DNA from: Pseudomonadales bacterium
GTDB taxonomy: Bacteria > Pseudomonadota > Gammaproteobacteria > Pseudomonadales > GM7GCV1
NCBI GenBank assembly: GCA_965221105.1
Contig: OZ244871.1
Coordinates: 24,252-88,251 of the forward strand
DNA: 64,000 nucleotides
Reading direction: 5' to 3'
The first letter of the stretch is position 1, and every line of letters begins with the position of its first letter. This document shows, piece by piece, positions 1 through 10,641 of this stretch. Under the pieces are notes generated by a model that saw nothing but the letters and a program-made list of their open reading frames with translations, had not been told where the DNA came from and searched no databases. A program made the position numbers and the translations under genes.

Positions 1-229
1 ATCAAAGCATTTCAGCCATATCAGCCTGTCATTCAGTCTTTTCCGGCAAATGACTTTGTGATATAAAGCGCGGCGCCGTCAGGGACTGTGTCTGCGGCTG
101 AAATTCTTGCAACAGTAATTTGAACGACACACAGGTATTCGCAACCCTTTTCCGGGTGCCTGGGGACGCGTTTTCCGGGTCAGAAAAGTGGGGATGTCTG
201 GAGGCTTAACCCTACAATTGGAGCAATTT

Positions 230-1117
230 ATGACGACTGTCAGCATGCGTGACATGTTGCAGGCTGGAGTGCATTTCGGCCACCAGACCCGCTTCTGGAA
301 CCCCAAGATGGAGCAGTACATATTCGGGGCTCGCAACAAGATTCACATCATCAATCTGGAACAGACAGTTCCCGCCTTTAACGAAGCGCTTGCCTATCTT
401 CAGCAACTCGCTTCAAGTAATAACAAGATTTTGTTTGTAGGTACCAAGCGTGCTGCAAGCCGTGTTATTCAGGAGCAGGCCGAGCGCGCCGGGATGCCCT
501 ATGTCAGCCACCGCTGGTTGGGTGGCATGCTCACCAATTACAAAACCATCCGCGCTTCTATCAAGAAGTACCGCGAACTTGAGCAGCAAAAGAGCGACGG
601 CACCTTCGACAAGCTCACCAAAAAAGAAGCACTGATGCGCCAGCGTGAAATGGACAAACTCGAGCGATCTATTGGTGGTATCAAGGATATGGGCGGTTTA
701 CCCGATGCGCTCTTTGTAATCGATGTGGATCATGAGCGAATCGCCATTCAGGAAGCCAATAAACTTGGCGTTCCCGTCATAGGCGTTGTCGATACCAACA
801 GTGAACCAGACGGGATCGATTTTGTTATTCCCGGGAATGACGATGCCATCAGGGCGATCAAACTCTACGTCACCGCAGCTGCCGATGCGATTATCGCCGG
901 CAAATCCGTCAATGCCCATTTCAGCTCGCGCGACGAGTTTATCGAAGTTGAGGAAGAGGAACATTCAGCTGTGGGTAACGAGGAGCCTTCAGCTGCTGAA
1001 GAGCCTGTAGTAAACGAGGAACCCTCAGCGAACCCAGCGCTTTCGTCCGAAGAAGACGCTCCTTCAGAGACTCCCGCTGCAGTGGCAGAAACCAGGGAAG
1101 ACTCTGGCAAACAATAA
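230..1117 (+). CDS. rpsB: 30S ribosomal protein S2
   Basis: ORF 188..1117. [27 protein letters not shown] is the canonical S2 N-terminus. ATG at 230 is preceded by GGAG at 221-224. There is an acidic low-complexity C-terminal tail. Confidence 0.95.
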   Translation: MTTVSMRDMLQAGVHFGHQTRFWNPKMEQYIFGARNKIHIINLEQTVPAFNEALAYLQQLASSNNKILFVGTKRAASRVIQEQAERAGMPYVSHRWLGGMLTNYKTIRASIKKYRELEQQKSDGTFDKLTKKEALMRQREMDKLERSIGGIKDMGGLPDALFVIDVDHERIAIQEANKLGVPVIGVVDTNSEPDGIDFVIPGNDDAIRAIKLYVTAAADAIIAGKSVNAHFSSRDEFIEVEEEEHSAVGNEEPSAAEEPVVNEEPSANPALSSEEDAPSETPAAVAETREDSGKQ

Positions 1118-1210
1118 TGGAGTGGGGAACTGTCCCCTCCTGCATATATGAACACCTGGAACCTTGAACCATCCAGGTGGAACTGAACAACTACCGGGAG
1201 GAATCTTTCC

Positions 1211-2089
1211 ATGGCACAAGTAGCGGCTTCCCTTATTAAAGATCTCCGTGAGAGAACCGGTTTGGGGATGATGGAGTGCAAGAAAGCTCTGATCGGCGCC
1301 AGCGGTGACATTGATCTGGCCATTGAAAACCTGCGTAAATCCAGTGTGATGAAGGCTGCGAAAAAGGCTGGTCGAGTTGCAGCAGAAGGCGTGGTTCTCG
1401 CTCGTGTCTCTGATGATGCACAATCAGCTGTTCTGGTTGAAGTAAACAGCGAAACAGATTTTGTCGCCCGCGATCAAGGGTTTATGGAGTTTGCCAATCA
1501 GGTAGCTGATGCCGCAGCCATTTCTGCAGTCGGAAGTGCTGAAGAGCTGATGTCGAGTGATCTGGATGCTGCGCGAGAGGCGCTTGTCCAGAAAATTGGC
1601 GAGAATATCAGCGTACGTCGTCTGGCCAGGATCAGTACCCAGGGAATGGTGGCAGCCTATGTCCACGGGAATAATCGGATTGCAGTGCTTGTTGACCTCA
1701 GTGGGGGAGATGAGGCGCTTGCCCGAGATGTGGCTATGCATGTAGCGGCCGTGAATCCCCAAGTAGTAAAGCCGGAATTGATGCCTCAGGATGTACTTGA
1801 TAAGGAGAGGGAAATTTTTAGTGTTCAAGCTGCTGAGTCAGGGAAACCACCAGAAATCGTCGAGAAAATGGTTGCGGGCAGAATGCGCAAGTTTTTGGCA
1901 GAGAACAGTCTGACCGAGCAGGCATTCGTCAAGGATCCTGATCTGACGGTTGCAAGACTTCTGTCCCGGAACGGTGCCGATATCAACGGGTTTGTTCGTT
2001 ATGAAGTTGGCGAAGGCATTGAAAAAGCAGAACAGGATTTTGCAGCAGAGGTTGCGAGGCAGGTACAGGGCGCCGGCGGTTTGGCTTAA
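1211..2089 (+). CDS. tsf: translation elongation factor Ts
   Basis: [27 protein letters not shown] is a typical EF-Ts N-terminus (UBA-like). It follows rpsB as in most bacteria. Confidence 0.95.
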   Translation: MAQVAASLIKDLRERTGLGMMECKKALIGASGDIDLAIENLRKSSVMKAAKKAGRVAAEGVVLARVSDDAQSAVLVEVNSETDFVARDQGFMEFANQVADAAAISAVGSAEELMSSDLDAAREALVQKIGENISVRRLARISTQGMVAAYVHGNNRIAVLVDLSGGDEALARDVAMHVAAVNPQVVKPELMPQDVLDKEREIFSVQAAESGKPPEIVEKMVAGRMRKFLAENSLTEQAFVKDPDLTVARLLSRNGADINGFVRYEVGEGIEKAEQDFAAEVARQVQGAGGLA

Positions 2090-2140
2090 GCTGCGGTGTG
2101 GAGTGCCCGTGGCTGAAAGCGGGTATCATGAAACGAGGTT

Positions 2141-2154
2141 GGCCCCTTGGGGCC
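2141..2154 (+). terminator. GC hairpin GGCCCC-TT-GGGGCC between tsf and pyrH (attenuator/terminator-like, no T-run)
   Basis: Perfect 6-bp inverted repeat read directly in the tsf-pyrH spacer. No downstream U-tract, so function is uncertain. Confidence 0.25.
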
Positions 2155-2181
2155 TGCCTGTACATTCGGGAAGTGGTAGCC

Positions 2182-2925
2182 ATGCCAAAATCAACAAGTC
2201 GGGAACGTAAATATAAGCGCATCCTGTTAAAACTGAGCGGAGAGGAGCTCACTGGTGAAGAGGGATATGGCATTGATCCCCAGGTACTGGACAAGATGGC
2301 ACTGGAAATTGGCCAGCTTGTCGGTATCGGTGTTCAGGTCGGTCTGGTTGTTGGTGGTGGGAACCTCTTCCGAGGACAGACTCTCAGCGCAGCAGGACTC
2401 GACAGAGTCACCGGCGACCACATGGGAATGCTGGCAACAGTTATGAATGCACTCGCGCTTCGCGATGCTCTGGAGCGTTCCAATATAGCCAGTCATGTTA
2501 TGTCGGCAATTCCCATTGGCGGTATTGTTGAACACTACGACCGTCGACTTGCAATGAAATATCTCTCACAGGGCGATGTGGTTATTTTCTCCGCTGGCAC
2601 CGGTAATCCATTTTTTACAACGGATTCTGCGGCCTGCCTGAGAGGTATAGAGATTGAGGCCAGCCTGGTACTGAAAGCCACCAAGGTCGATGGGGTGTAC
2701 GATAAGGATCCAATGAAATATCCGGAGGCCATCCTGTGCAGTCACTTGACGTACGACGATGTGCTCAACAAAAAACTTGAAGTCATGGATCTGACCGCCA
2801 TTTGTCTCTGTCGTGATCACGATATGCCTGTGAGGGTGTTCCGAATGGCCAAAGCTGGCGCATTGCTCAATATTGTAGTCGGTGAGCAGGAGGGAACCCT
2901 GATCGAGGAAAAAAGTCATGATTGA
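2182..2925 (+). CDS. pyrH: UMP kinase
   Basis: [13 protein letters not shown] and [10 protein letters not shown] motifs. Start chosen at ATG 2182 (MPKSTS...) rather than the upstream in-frame ORF start at 2098. Confidence 0.93.
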   Translation: MPKSTSRERKYKRILLKLSGEELTGEEGYGIDPQVLDKMALEIGQLVGIGVQVGLVVGGGNLFRGQTLSAAGLDRVTGDHMGMLATVMNALALRDALERSNIASHVMSAIPIGGIVEHYDRRLAMKYLSQGDVVIFSAGTGNPFFTTDSAACLRGIEIEASLVLKATKVDGVYDKDPMKYPEAILCSHLTYDDVLNKKLEVMDLTAICLCRDHDMPVRVFRMAKAGALLNIVVGEQEGTLIEEKSHD

Positions 2926-3475
2926 AGATATTCGTTCTGAGACCATCGAGCGTATGGTCAAGTCTCTGGAAGCATTGCAGAACCATTTCAACCGGATTCG
3001 CACAGGACGAGCTCACCCAAGTATTCTGGACAGCATCCTGATCGAATATTACGGAGCCAGTGTGCCTCTGAGTCAGGTCGCAAACATCAATGTTGAAGAT
3101 GCGCGCACTCTGTCATTGACACCTTGGGAAAAGGCGTTGGTTCCAGACATCGAAAAAGCAATCATGAAGTCGGATCTGGGCCTGAATCCCGCAACAGCAG
3201 GTGCGGTTATCCGAATACCCATGCCGCCCCTCACTGAAGAGACCCGACGTGGCTACACCAAACAGGCCCGGGCCGAGGCAGAGAACGCACGAGTGTCCAT
3301 TCGCAACGCCCGGCGCGACGCGATGTCACTGCTCAAGGGACTTGAAAAGGACAAGGAAATCTCAGAGGATGAAGAACGTTGTGCGCAGGATGAAATTCAA
3401 AAAGTTACCGATGAATACATCGCCAAGGTCGAAGCGGCTCTTGAGGTCAAGGAAAAGGATCTGCTGGAAATCTAG
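2918..3475 (+). CDS. frr: ribosome recycling factor
   Basis: 185 aa. [22 protein letters not shown] is typical RRF. Overlaps the pyrH stop by 8 nt. Confidence 0.95.
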   Translation: MIEDIRSETIERMVKSLEALQNHFNRIRTGRAHPSILDSILIEYYGASVPLSQVANINVEDARTLSLTPWEKALVPDIEKAIMKSDLGLNPATAGAVIRIPMPPLTEETRRGYTKQARAEAENARVSIRNARRDAMSLLKGLEKDKEISEDEERCAQDEIQKVTDEYIAKVEAALEVKEKDLLEI

Positions 3476-3483
3476 GTTGTTCT

Positions 3484-4245
3484 GTGGCTGATACAGATTC
3501 AAACCCGAGCGAGATCCCCCAACACGTCGCCATCATCATGGATGGCAACAATCGCTGGGCTAGGGCTCGCAACCTGAAAGGAATTGCCGGCCATCAGGCC
3601 GGAGCTGATCGTCTTGAAGATGTCATGCGGGGCTGCTTGGAGCGCGACATCAGGGTTTTGACAGTCTTTGCATTCAGCAGTGAAAACTGGGCGCGCTCAA
3701 AGCAGGAAGTCAAGGCAGTCATGTCGTTGTTCGCCTCGACGCTGAAGCGCTACAGCACCGTACTGAAACAGGAGGATGTTGCGCTCAGGGTCATTGGTCG
3801 CAGGGACAGGTTTAGTCCGCACCTGCAGAAACTGATTGATGAGGTGGAACAGGAAACTGCCTGCGGCAAATACACTCTGGTTGTTGCAGCGGACTATGGT
3901 GGGCGCTGGGATATCGCTCAGGCGTGTCAGGCAATCGCTGCGATGGCTTATGCAAGGGAACTCCGGGTTGACGCGGTGGACGAGGAGCTGTTATCCAGTT
4001 ATTGCGCTCTCGCAGATTTACCACCGGTAGATCTGTTGATTCGAACCGGGGCAGAATACCGCATAAGCAACTTCCTTCTCTGGCAAATCAGCTATTCGGA
4101 GCTTTATTTTGCAAACTGTTACTGGCCGGATTTTGACGGGGCCTGGTTGCGCAAGGCACTGAAGGACTACGCACGCAGACAGCGCCGTTTTGGAACCGAC
4201 TTGACTGTGCCGGGCAGTCAATACGACAGCACTTCGGAGTGCTAA
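3484..4245 (+). CDS. uppS: undecaprenyl diphosphate synthase (cis-prenyltransferase)
   Basis: HVAIIMDGNNRWA and FAFSSENW motifs. GTG start. Confidence 0.93.
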   Translation: MADTDSNPSEIPQHVAIIMDGNNRWARARNLKGIAGHQAGADRLEDVMRGCLERDIRVLTVFAFSSENWARSKQEVKAVMSLFASTLKRYSTVLKQEDVALRVIGRRDRFSPHLQKLIDEVEQETACGKYTLVVAADYGGRWDIAQACQAIAAMAYARELRVDAVDEELLSSYCALADLPPVDLLIRTGAEYRISNFLLWQISYSELYFANCYWPDFDGAWLRKALKDYARRQRRFGTDLTVPGSQYDSTSEC

Positions 4246-5066
4246 CCGTGTTGGGGCAGCGTGCAGTGACAGCCGCGCTGTTGATCGCAGTGTTGCTGGC
4301 AACGCTTTTTGTACCGTGGCGACTGTTTCCGGTGCTAATCCTGTGTCTGTTGGGGCTTTCCGCTTGGGAATGGAGTTCTCTGGCGCGCTTCGGGAACCAG
4401 CGTGAGCGGGCATTCTATGTTGGAGGCACCGTACTCCTTTTTCTGGGCGTTCTGTGGTTTCAGGCCGAAATAATCGAGTTTGCATTTCAGATTTCTATAC
4501 TGGTGTTCTTGATTTGGATCCTGTTCATTCCTCTGTTGGTGAGATTTCCAAAGACCAGGCCGATTTTTCAGAATCCTGTCATTGTCGCAGCGATGGGCGT
4601 CGTTATTCTGCTTTCGACCTCGTCGGGCCTGCTCTGGCTGGAGGCCCACGATCCGGGTCCCTGGCGTGTTCTCTGTCTGTTAGCGATTGTTTCACTGGCC
4701 GATTCCGGTGCCTATTTCGTCGGAAGACGGTGGGGGAAACACAAATTGGCGCCCGAAATCAGCCCCGACAAGACATGGGAGGGCGTCTACGGCGGTCTGC
4801 TGGCAAATTTCCTGTTTGCGCTTCTGTTGGTGTTTGGCTTGAATATGAGGCCAGAACAGGGTTTCCTGGTAGTGCTCGCAGTTCTTCTGACCAGCATTCT
4901 ATCAATTGAAGGCGATTTGCTGGAGAGTGCCATCAAACGCAGTCATGGAGTCAAGGATAGTGGAACCATCCTGCCGGGGCATGGCGGTATGCTGGACCGG
5001 ATTGACGGTGTCAGCGCCGCGACTCCCTGTTTTATTTTCTGTATCCTCTACTTTCCATTGGAGTAG
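4239..5066 (+). CDS. cdsA: phosphatidate cytidylyltransferase
   Basis: Multi-pass membrane protein with the C-terminal signature SAIKRSHGVKDSGTILPGHGGMLDRID. Conserved position after uppS. Confidence 0.9.
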   Translation: MLTVLGQRAVTAALLIAVLLATLFVPWRLFPVLILCLLGLSAWEWSSLARFGNQRERAFYVGGTVLLFLGVLWFQAEIIEFAFQISILVFLIWILFIPLLVRFPKTRPIFQNPVIVAAMGVVILLSTSSGLLWLEAHDPGPWRVLCLLAIVSLADSGAYFVGRRWGKHKLAPEISPDKTWEGVYGGLLANFLFALLLVFGLNMRPEQGFLVVLAVLLTSILSIEGDLLESAIKRSHGVKDSGTILPGHGGMLDRIDGVSAATPCFIFCILYFPLE

Positions 5067-5089
5067 TCAGTTGACTGGGAGACAGTCTA

Positions 5090-6253
5090 TTGAATAATGT
5101 TCTCATTTTCGGGTCTACCGGCTCTGTGGGTATCAGTACCCTGGAGGTTATCGCGAACAATCCTTCCAGATTTAGAGTCTGGGGTATCGCAGCAAACAGC
5201 AACGATGCCGTTGTTATCGAGCAGATTGAGCGGTATTCACCTCAGTATGTGGTGATGCGCGATACTGGAGCTGCTGAAAGGGTCTCCGCATACGTCAGGC
5301 ACAAGCAAATCGGAGTTGAGGTACTGGCAGGGGATGACTCTCTGGTGCGCCTCGCGTCGGCTGAGCCTGTGGACATCGTTATGGCTGCGATTGTCGGTGC
5401 TGCCGGGCTGAAGTCAACACTGGCGGCAGTAAGCGCGGGCAAGCGTGTATTGCTGGCAAATAAGGAATCACTGGTTTGTGCCGGCAAGCTCTTTATGAGT
5501 GCAGTGGAATGCGGTGGTGCCACCCTGATGCCCGTGGACAGTGAGCATAACGCTATATTCCAGTGCCTGCCTCAGGGTGCCATGGACGCAACGGCCGTCA
5601 CAAAAATAATTCTCACTGGATCAGGTGGGCCATTTCGCAACTGGTCAGCGGAGCGGTTAAAGACGGTAACCCCTGCGCAGGCGTGCCAGCATCCAAACTG
5701 GGATATGGGGCAAAAGATTTCTGTGGATTCTGCAACCATGATGAATAAGGGGCTGGAGTATATAGAGGCCTGCTGGCTGTTTGGTGTGAGCCCGAATCAG
5801 ATAGAAATCCTGCTCCACCCACAGAGCCTCATTCATTCCATGGTCTACTATCGGGACGGTTCTATCCTGGCGCATATGGGTGTTCCTGATATGAAGACGC
5901 CTATTGCCCATGCGCTAAGCTGGCCTGAACGCATTGATTCTGGAGTTGCTGAGGCAGATTTTTCTGCCTGGGACCTGCAATTTGAGCATCCCGATTTGCA
6001 GGCCTACCCTTGTTTGGAAATTGCACTTGACGTCGCCCGGGAAATGGGAGCGGCACCAACAGTCATGAATGCTGCCAATGAAGTGGCGGTGCAGTCTTTC
6101 CTGGACAGGAAAATAGGCTTCACCGCGATCGCTGGACTCATATCCGGCAGTCTGAATCGGCTGAGCCCGGGGGAACCCGCATCAATTGAAGAAGTCCTAG
6201 AGATCGACGCTGAAGCGCGCGCTGTCGCACAACAGCTGGCAGACGGCTGTTAG
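5090..6253 (+). CDS. dxr: 1-deoxy-D-xylulose 5-phosphate reductoisomerase
   Basis: IFGSTGSVGISTLEV (NADPH site), LANKESLV, PVDSEHNAIFQC. TTG start. Confidence 0.95.
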   Translation: MNNVLIFGSTGSVGISTLEVIANNPSRFRVWGIAANSNDAVVIEQIERYSPQYVVMRDTGAAERVSAYVRHKQIGVEVLAGDDSLVRLASAEPVDIVMAAIVGAAGLKSTLAAVSAGKRVLLANKESLVCAGKLFMSAVECGGATLMPVDSEHNAIFQCLPQGAMDATAVTKIILTGSGGPFRNWSAERLKTVTPAQACQHPNWDMGQKISVDSATMMNKGLEYIEACWLFGVSPNQIEILLHPQSLIHSMVYYRDGSILAHMGVPDMKTPIAHALSWPERIDSGVAEADFSAWDLQFEHPDLQAYPCLEIALDVAREMGAAPTVMNAANEVAVQSFLDRKIGFTAIAGLISGSLNRLSPGEPASIEEVLEIDAEARAVAQQLADGC

Positions 6254-6306
6254 ATGCGTCATCAATGTAAGCACACAGAATACAAGGGGTAGATCTCGCA
6301 CATTCG

Positions 6307-7686
6307 ATGGAAATTCTGGAGATCATTTTTTATGCGCTTGTGGCGCTGTTTGTGCTGGTGACTGTGCACGAGTACGGGCACTATTGGGTGGCACGACGCT
6401 GCAACGTGCAAGTTGAGCGGTTTTCTATCGGGTTTGGCAAACCTCTGCTCATCTGGAATCGAGGTGGGACAGAGTTTGTGTTGGCCGCCATCCCGCTGGG
6501 AGGATACGTCAAAATGTACGGTGAAGCCGCCCACCAAGAGGATGTAACTGAGGAAACCCGGTATCTGAGCTTCAGACACAAGACAGTGTGGCAGCGTATT
6601 GCAATCGTATCCGCGGGCCCCCTGGCAAATCTGATTCTGGCCGTGACAGCCTATTTCCTGGTGTTTTGGGGTGGACTCCCTGGTGTAGCACCCATCGTTG
6701 AGCATGTGACAGCGGGATCGATTGCCGAACAGTCCGGATTGCCATCACATTCTGAAATACTCGCCGTTGATGGGGTACCGGTATACACCTGGTCCGATGT
6801 GATAGATGGGTTGATCAAGCGCGTAGGGGAATCCGGCGAGCTGGAACTGGAGGCTGCGAGTTACATTCTCCCATCCGGTCCATCAGGGTACGAGGTGCCT
6901 GCCCAGCTGTACGAGTTGCAGATCGAGAAGTGGCTTGGGGACAGCGATGACCCCGATCTTCTCGGCTCTCTTGGCCTGGTCCCCTATAATCCAAAAATTG
7001 AGCCCTTGGTCGGACAGGTGCTCGATAACAGTCCGGCCGCAGCGGCCGGTCTGAGCCCCGGAGACAGAATTGTTGAGACCGATGAACTGCCCATCACGGA
7101 ATGGGAGCAGTGGCGTGCCATCGTCCGCGAGTCTCCCGGTAAGGATCTCAACGTTCTGGTGTCGAGGGACGGACAGATATATCAGCTCAGATTGCGCCCC
7201 GACATCGTGGATGAAGAGGGCGGGCAAGTTGGTCTGGCGGGTGTGGCGCCCCGGCCCCCTGAATGGCCTGAGGAACTGCTCAGGGAACGAGAATACGGTT
7301 TTGTCTCTGCCTGGGCTGCAGCGCTGAACAAAACTGCGTCCAACAGCCTGTTTGTACTGGATTCTCTCGGGAAACTGGTGAGCGGACAGGTATCCACCAA
7401 ATCGCTGGGAGGCCCAGTGTCCATTGCCAAGTTTGCCGGTGCCTCCGCGGATGCCGGATGGCAGTCATTTTTATCGTTTCTGGCAATTATGAGCGTCATG
7501 CTGGGTGTCATGAATCTTCTTCCAATACCGATCCTCGACGGTGGTCATCTCATGTTTTACGCTATCGAGGTGCTCAAGGGATCACCCCTGAGCGACGCTG
7601 TTCAGGGCGCAGCAATGCGACTGGGCATGTCGATAGTGTTAGGGATTATGGTATTAGCTCTGTACAATGATTTTATGCGCTTGTAA
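6307..7686 (+). CDS. rseP: RIP zinc metalloprotease RseP
   Basis: HEYGHYW (HExxH) in the first TM segment, PDZ-like middle region, and C-terminal NLLPIPILDGGH motif. Confidence 0.93.
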   Translation: MEILEIIFYALVALFVLVTVHEYGHYWVARRCNVQVERFSIGFGKPLLIWNRGGTEFVLAAIPLGGYVKMYGEAAHQEDVTEETRYLSFRHKTVWQRIAIVSAGPLANLILAVTAYFLVFWGGLPGVAPIVEHVTAGSIAEQSGLPSHSEILAVDGVPVYTWSDVIDGLIKRVGESGELELEAASYILPSGPSGYEVPAQLYELQIEKWLGDSDDPDLLGSLGLVPYNPKIEPLVGQVLDNSPAAAAGLSPGDRIVETDELPITEWEQWRAIVRESPGKDLNVLVSRDGQIYQLRLRPDIVDEEGGQVGLAGVAPRPPEWPEELLREREYGFVSAWAAALNKTASNSLFVLDSLGKLVSGQVSTKSLGGPVSIAKFAGASADAGWQSFLSFLAIMSVMLGVMNLLPIPILDGGHLMFYAIEVLKGSPLSDAVQGAAMRLGMSIVLGIMVLALYNDFMRL

Positions 7687-7741
7687 GGTCGCCACCTCTC
7701 AACTCCACATCTGCAGTTTCCCGATTTCCAATTCACCATAT

Positions 7742-10102
7742 ATGAGAGCCATCAGATACATTCTGTTTGCAGCCCTGTTATCCCCCGGGTCTGCATGTGC
7801 CAAGGCATTCACTGTTGAAGACCTTCGCATCGAGGGCCTGCAGCGCGTCTCTGCCGGCTCGGTTTTCTCTGCCGTACCCGTTCAGGTGGGAGATCTTGCG
7901 GATCAATCAATGATCCAGGACAGCATACGTGCGCTGTTTCGAACCGGGTTCTTTAGCGACATTCTGGTATATCGGGATGAAAATGTCCTGGTCATTCAGG
8001 TCTCGGAAAGACCTGCCATTTCCGAGATCAATATAGAAGGCAACAAGGTTATCAAGGACGATGATCTGTTCAGATCCCTGCGTGAAAACGGACTATCAGA
8101 GGGTCAGATATTCAGGCCCGCTACCCTTGATGGTTTGAGCAAGGCACTGAGTCGCGAGTACGTATCCCAGGGACATTACAGTGCGACGCTGGAGACCGAA
8201 CTGCGTGAACTGCCTCGCAATCGCGTGGCAATTGATATCGATATCGATGAAGGGAGTAAAGCCAGGATCAAGGAAATCAATTTTGTCGGAAACAGGGAGT
8301 ATTCCGACAAGCAACTTCTGGATATTTTTAGCCTGCAAACCTCAGGCTGGTTTACTTGGATAACGGGCAAGGACAAGTACTCGCGCGAGAAACTTTCGGG
8401 TGACCTGGAAGCCCTTGAGGCACACTATCTGGACTTGGGTTATCTGCGTTTTAATATAGCCTCCACACAGGTCTCCGTCAGCCCGGACAAGGAGGCCGTG
8501 TATATCACCGTCAATCTGAAGGAAGGTGATGTCTACAACGTCAGCCTGGTTGGATTGTTGGGCGATCTGATCGTGTCTGAGGAAGAGTTGCTCGAGTACA
8601 TACTTCTTAGTGAGGGGGAAAATTTTTCTCAGAGCCAGCTTACACGTACCAAGGAGATCATGACCAACCGGCTCGGAAATGAAGGGTATACCTTCGCTGA
8701 GGTGGAAGAGATACTGGATATTGACGATGAGGCCAACACGGTTGGACTCACCTTTTTTGTTGATCCCAAGCAACGTGCCTATGTGAGACGGATCGAATTC
8801 AGAGGAAATACCCGAACCGAGGGTGAGGTTCTGCGTCGCGAGATGCGCCAGTTCGAATCTGCGGCGGCCTCCAATCAGCTTATTGAATATGGCAAAGTCC
8901 GCCTTGATCGGCTTGGCTTTTTCAAGGAAGTTGAATCCGAGACCGTTCCGGTGCCCGGAACCAGCGACCAGATTGATGTTATCTACTCTGTTGAAGAACA
9001 GAATTCCGGCAGTATCAGCGCCAGCATCGGTTTTGCGCAAAATCGGGGGGCCATCCTCGGACTGAATCTGCAGGAGAACAACTTTCTGGGAACGGGCAAT
9101 CGTGTCGGCATCGGTGTGAACAGGAGTACATATCAGCAGGCTCTCAATCTCAGCTATACTGACCCCTACTTTACTGAAGATGGAGTTAGTGCAGGCTATT
9201 CGATCTATCTCCGGGAGGTCGATTATGGCGACCTTGATATCGCGACCTATACCACCGATATTCTCGGGTTAAGTGTGAACTATAGCTATCCCCTGTCAGA
9301 GATTTCAAGGATATCTGCCGGCTTTGGGTACGAAAATCTAAAGATCGATCTGGGGAGTCGCGCCTCGGGCGAGATCGAAGAGTTTGTTTCTGAAGACACC
9401 GGTTTTGATCAATGGAAGATAAATGCTGGCTGGTTGCGCAGCACATTGAACCGGGGCATATTTGCTGACCGGGGCAGTCGTCAGTCAATCGTGATAGAAG
9501 CCGCGATTCCCGGTAGCGATGCTCCCTATCTGAAAATAGGCTATGAGGGCCAGAAATATGTCCACCTCTTTGGACCCTGGACCATGCGCTTCAGGACCGA
9601 ACTGGGCTACGGCTTAAGCCTGGACAGTGGTCGTCGGCTGCCTTTTTTCGAGAACTATTACGCTGGTGGCTTTGGTTCGGTTCGTGGTTTTGAAAGCAAC
9701 ACCCTTGGCCCCAGGGAGTCTCCTGCTTTTCAGGAGGAAGCAGATGGCAGCATCACTTATCTCGACGATGCTGACCCTATCGGAGGTAATGTTCTGATTA
9801 CCGGTTCTGCCGAGATCTTGATTCCGCTGCCGTTTGTGCCCGACCAGAGATCTGTTCAGGCGGTAGCCTTTTTTGACGCCGGGAATGTCTTCGATACGGA
9901 TTGCGGTCCGCGTCAGGTGTTCTGTTATAAGCCTGACCTCAATGAGCTCAGGTATTCCTACGGTTTTGGGTTTACCTGGCTGAGCGGTTTTGGCCCCATG
10001 TCGTTCGCAATTGGTCGTGGCGAAAATGGTGCCACGGGATCATCAAACGTCGAGCCCGAGGAGACCGAATTCTTCCAGTTTTCTCTCGGCCAGACCTTTT
10101 AA
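7742..10102 (+). CDS. bamA: outer membrane protein assembly factor BamA
   Basis: Signal peptide MRAIRYILFAALLSPGSACA, POTRA repeats, and a C-terminal beta-barrel ending FQFSLGQTF. ATG 7742 chosen inside ORF 7667..10102. Confidence 0.93.
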   Translation: MRAIRYILFAALLSPGSACAKAFTVEDLRIEGLQRVSAGSVFSAVPVQVGDLADQSMIQDSIRALFRTGFFSDILVYRDENVLVIQVSERPAISEINIEGNKVIKDDDLFRSLRENGLSEGQIFRPATLDGLSKALSREYVSQGHYSATLETELRELPRNRVAIDIDIDEGSKARIKEINFVGNREYSDKQLLDIFSLQTSGWFTWITGKDKYSREKLSGDLEALEAHYLDLGYLRFNIASTQVSVSPDKEAVYITVNLKEGDVYNVSLVGLLGDLIVSEEELLEYILLSEGENFSQSQLTRTKEIMTNRLGNEGYTFAEVEEILDIDDEANTVGLTFFVDPKQRAYVRRIEFRGNTRTEGEVLRREMRQFESAAASNQLIEYGKVRLDRLGFFKEVESETVPVPGTSDQIDVIYSVEEQNSGSISASIGFAQNRGAILGLNLQENNFLGTGNRVGIGVNRSTYQQALNLSYTDPYFTEDGVSAGYSIYLREVDYGDLDIATYTTDILGLSVNYSYPLSEISRISAGFGYENLKIDLGSRASGEIEEFVSEDTGFDQWKINAGWLRSTLNRGIFADRGSRQSIVIEAAIPGSDAPYLKIGYEGQKYVHLFGPWTMRFRTELGYGLSLDSGRRLPFFENYYAGGFGSVRGFESNTLGPRESPAFQEEADGSITYLDDADPIGGNVLITGSAEILIPLPFVPDQRSVQAVAFFDAGNVFDTDCGPRQVFCYKPDLNELRYSYGFGFTWLSGFGPMSFAIGRGENGATGSSNVEPEETEFFQFSLGQTF

Positions 10103-10124
10103 TCGAATACGAGGTACAACTTTA

Positions 10125-10628
10125 ATGAAACACCTAAACTACATCATCTTTACACTGGCACTATCCGTGGTTTCAGGGGCGGTCTGGGCGGAAAAAATCG
10201 CTGTCGTGAATATACAGGCAGCTATTCTCGAATCCACTTACGGACAGGCCGAATTGGCCAAGCTTGAGCAGGATGTTGGGTATTCTGCTCTGGTCAACGA
10301 GGCTCAGACGCTGGTTGCCGATGTTCAGGCACTGGATAAAGAAGCGCAATCTAATCGTGGTGAATGGAGTGCGGATGAGGTTGCTGAGTACCAGAAACAG
10401 CGCCAGTTCCTGACCGCAGACCTTCAGTTGAACCAGCAAAAAATTCAGACTGAGCGAGAACGTGTTGTCCGCCAGATCAATGCTACGATGAATCAGGCAG
10501 CTTTGGCGGCCCTTCAGGAACTGGTGCAGGAGGATGGCATCTCGCTTCTGCTGCAGGAAAACGCGGTGTACCACGCGACCGACGATCACAATGTGACGGC
10601 CAAACTTGTAGCCAAACTCAGCGAGTGA
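10125..10628 (+). CDS. skp: periplasmic chaperone Skp (OmpH)
   Basis: Signal peptide MKHLNYIIFTLALSVVSGAVWA, coiled-coil Q/E-rich body, and position between bamA and lpxD. Confidence 0.85.
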   Translation: MKHLNYIIFTLALSVVSGAVWAEKIAVVNIQAAILESTYGQAELAKLEQDVGYSALVNEAQTLVADVQALDKEAQSNRGEWSADEVAEYQKQRQFLTADLQLNQQKIQTERERVVRQINATMNQAALAALQELVQEDGISLLLQENAVYHATDDHNVTAKLVAKLSE

Positions 10629-10641
10629 GGGCTGGTTCAGG

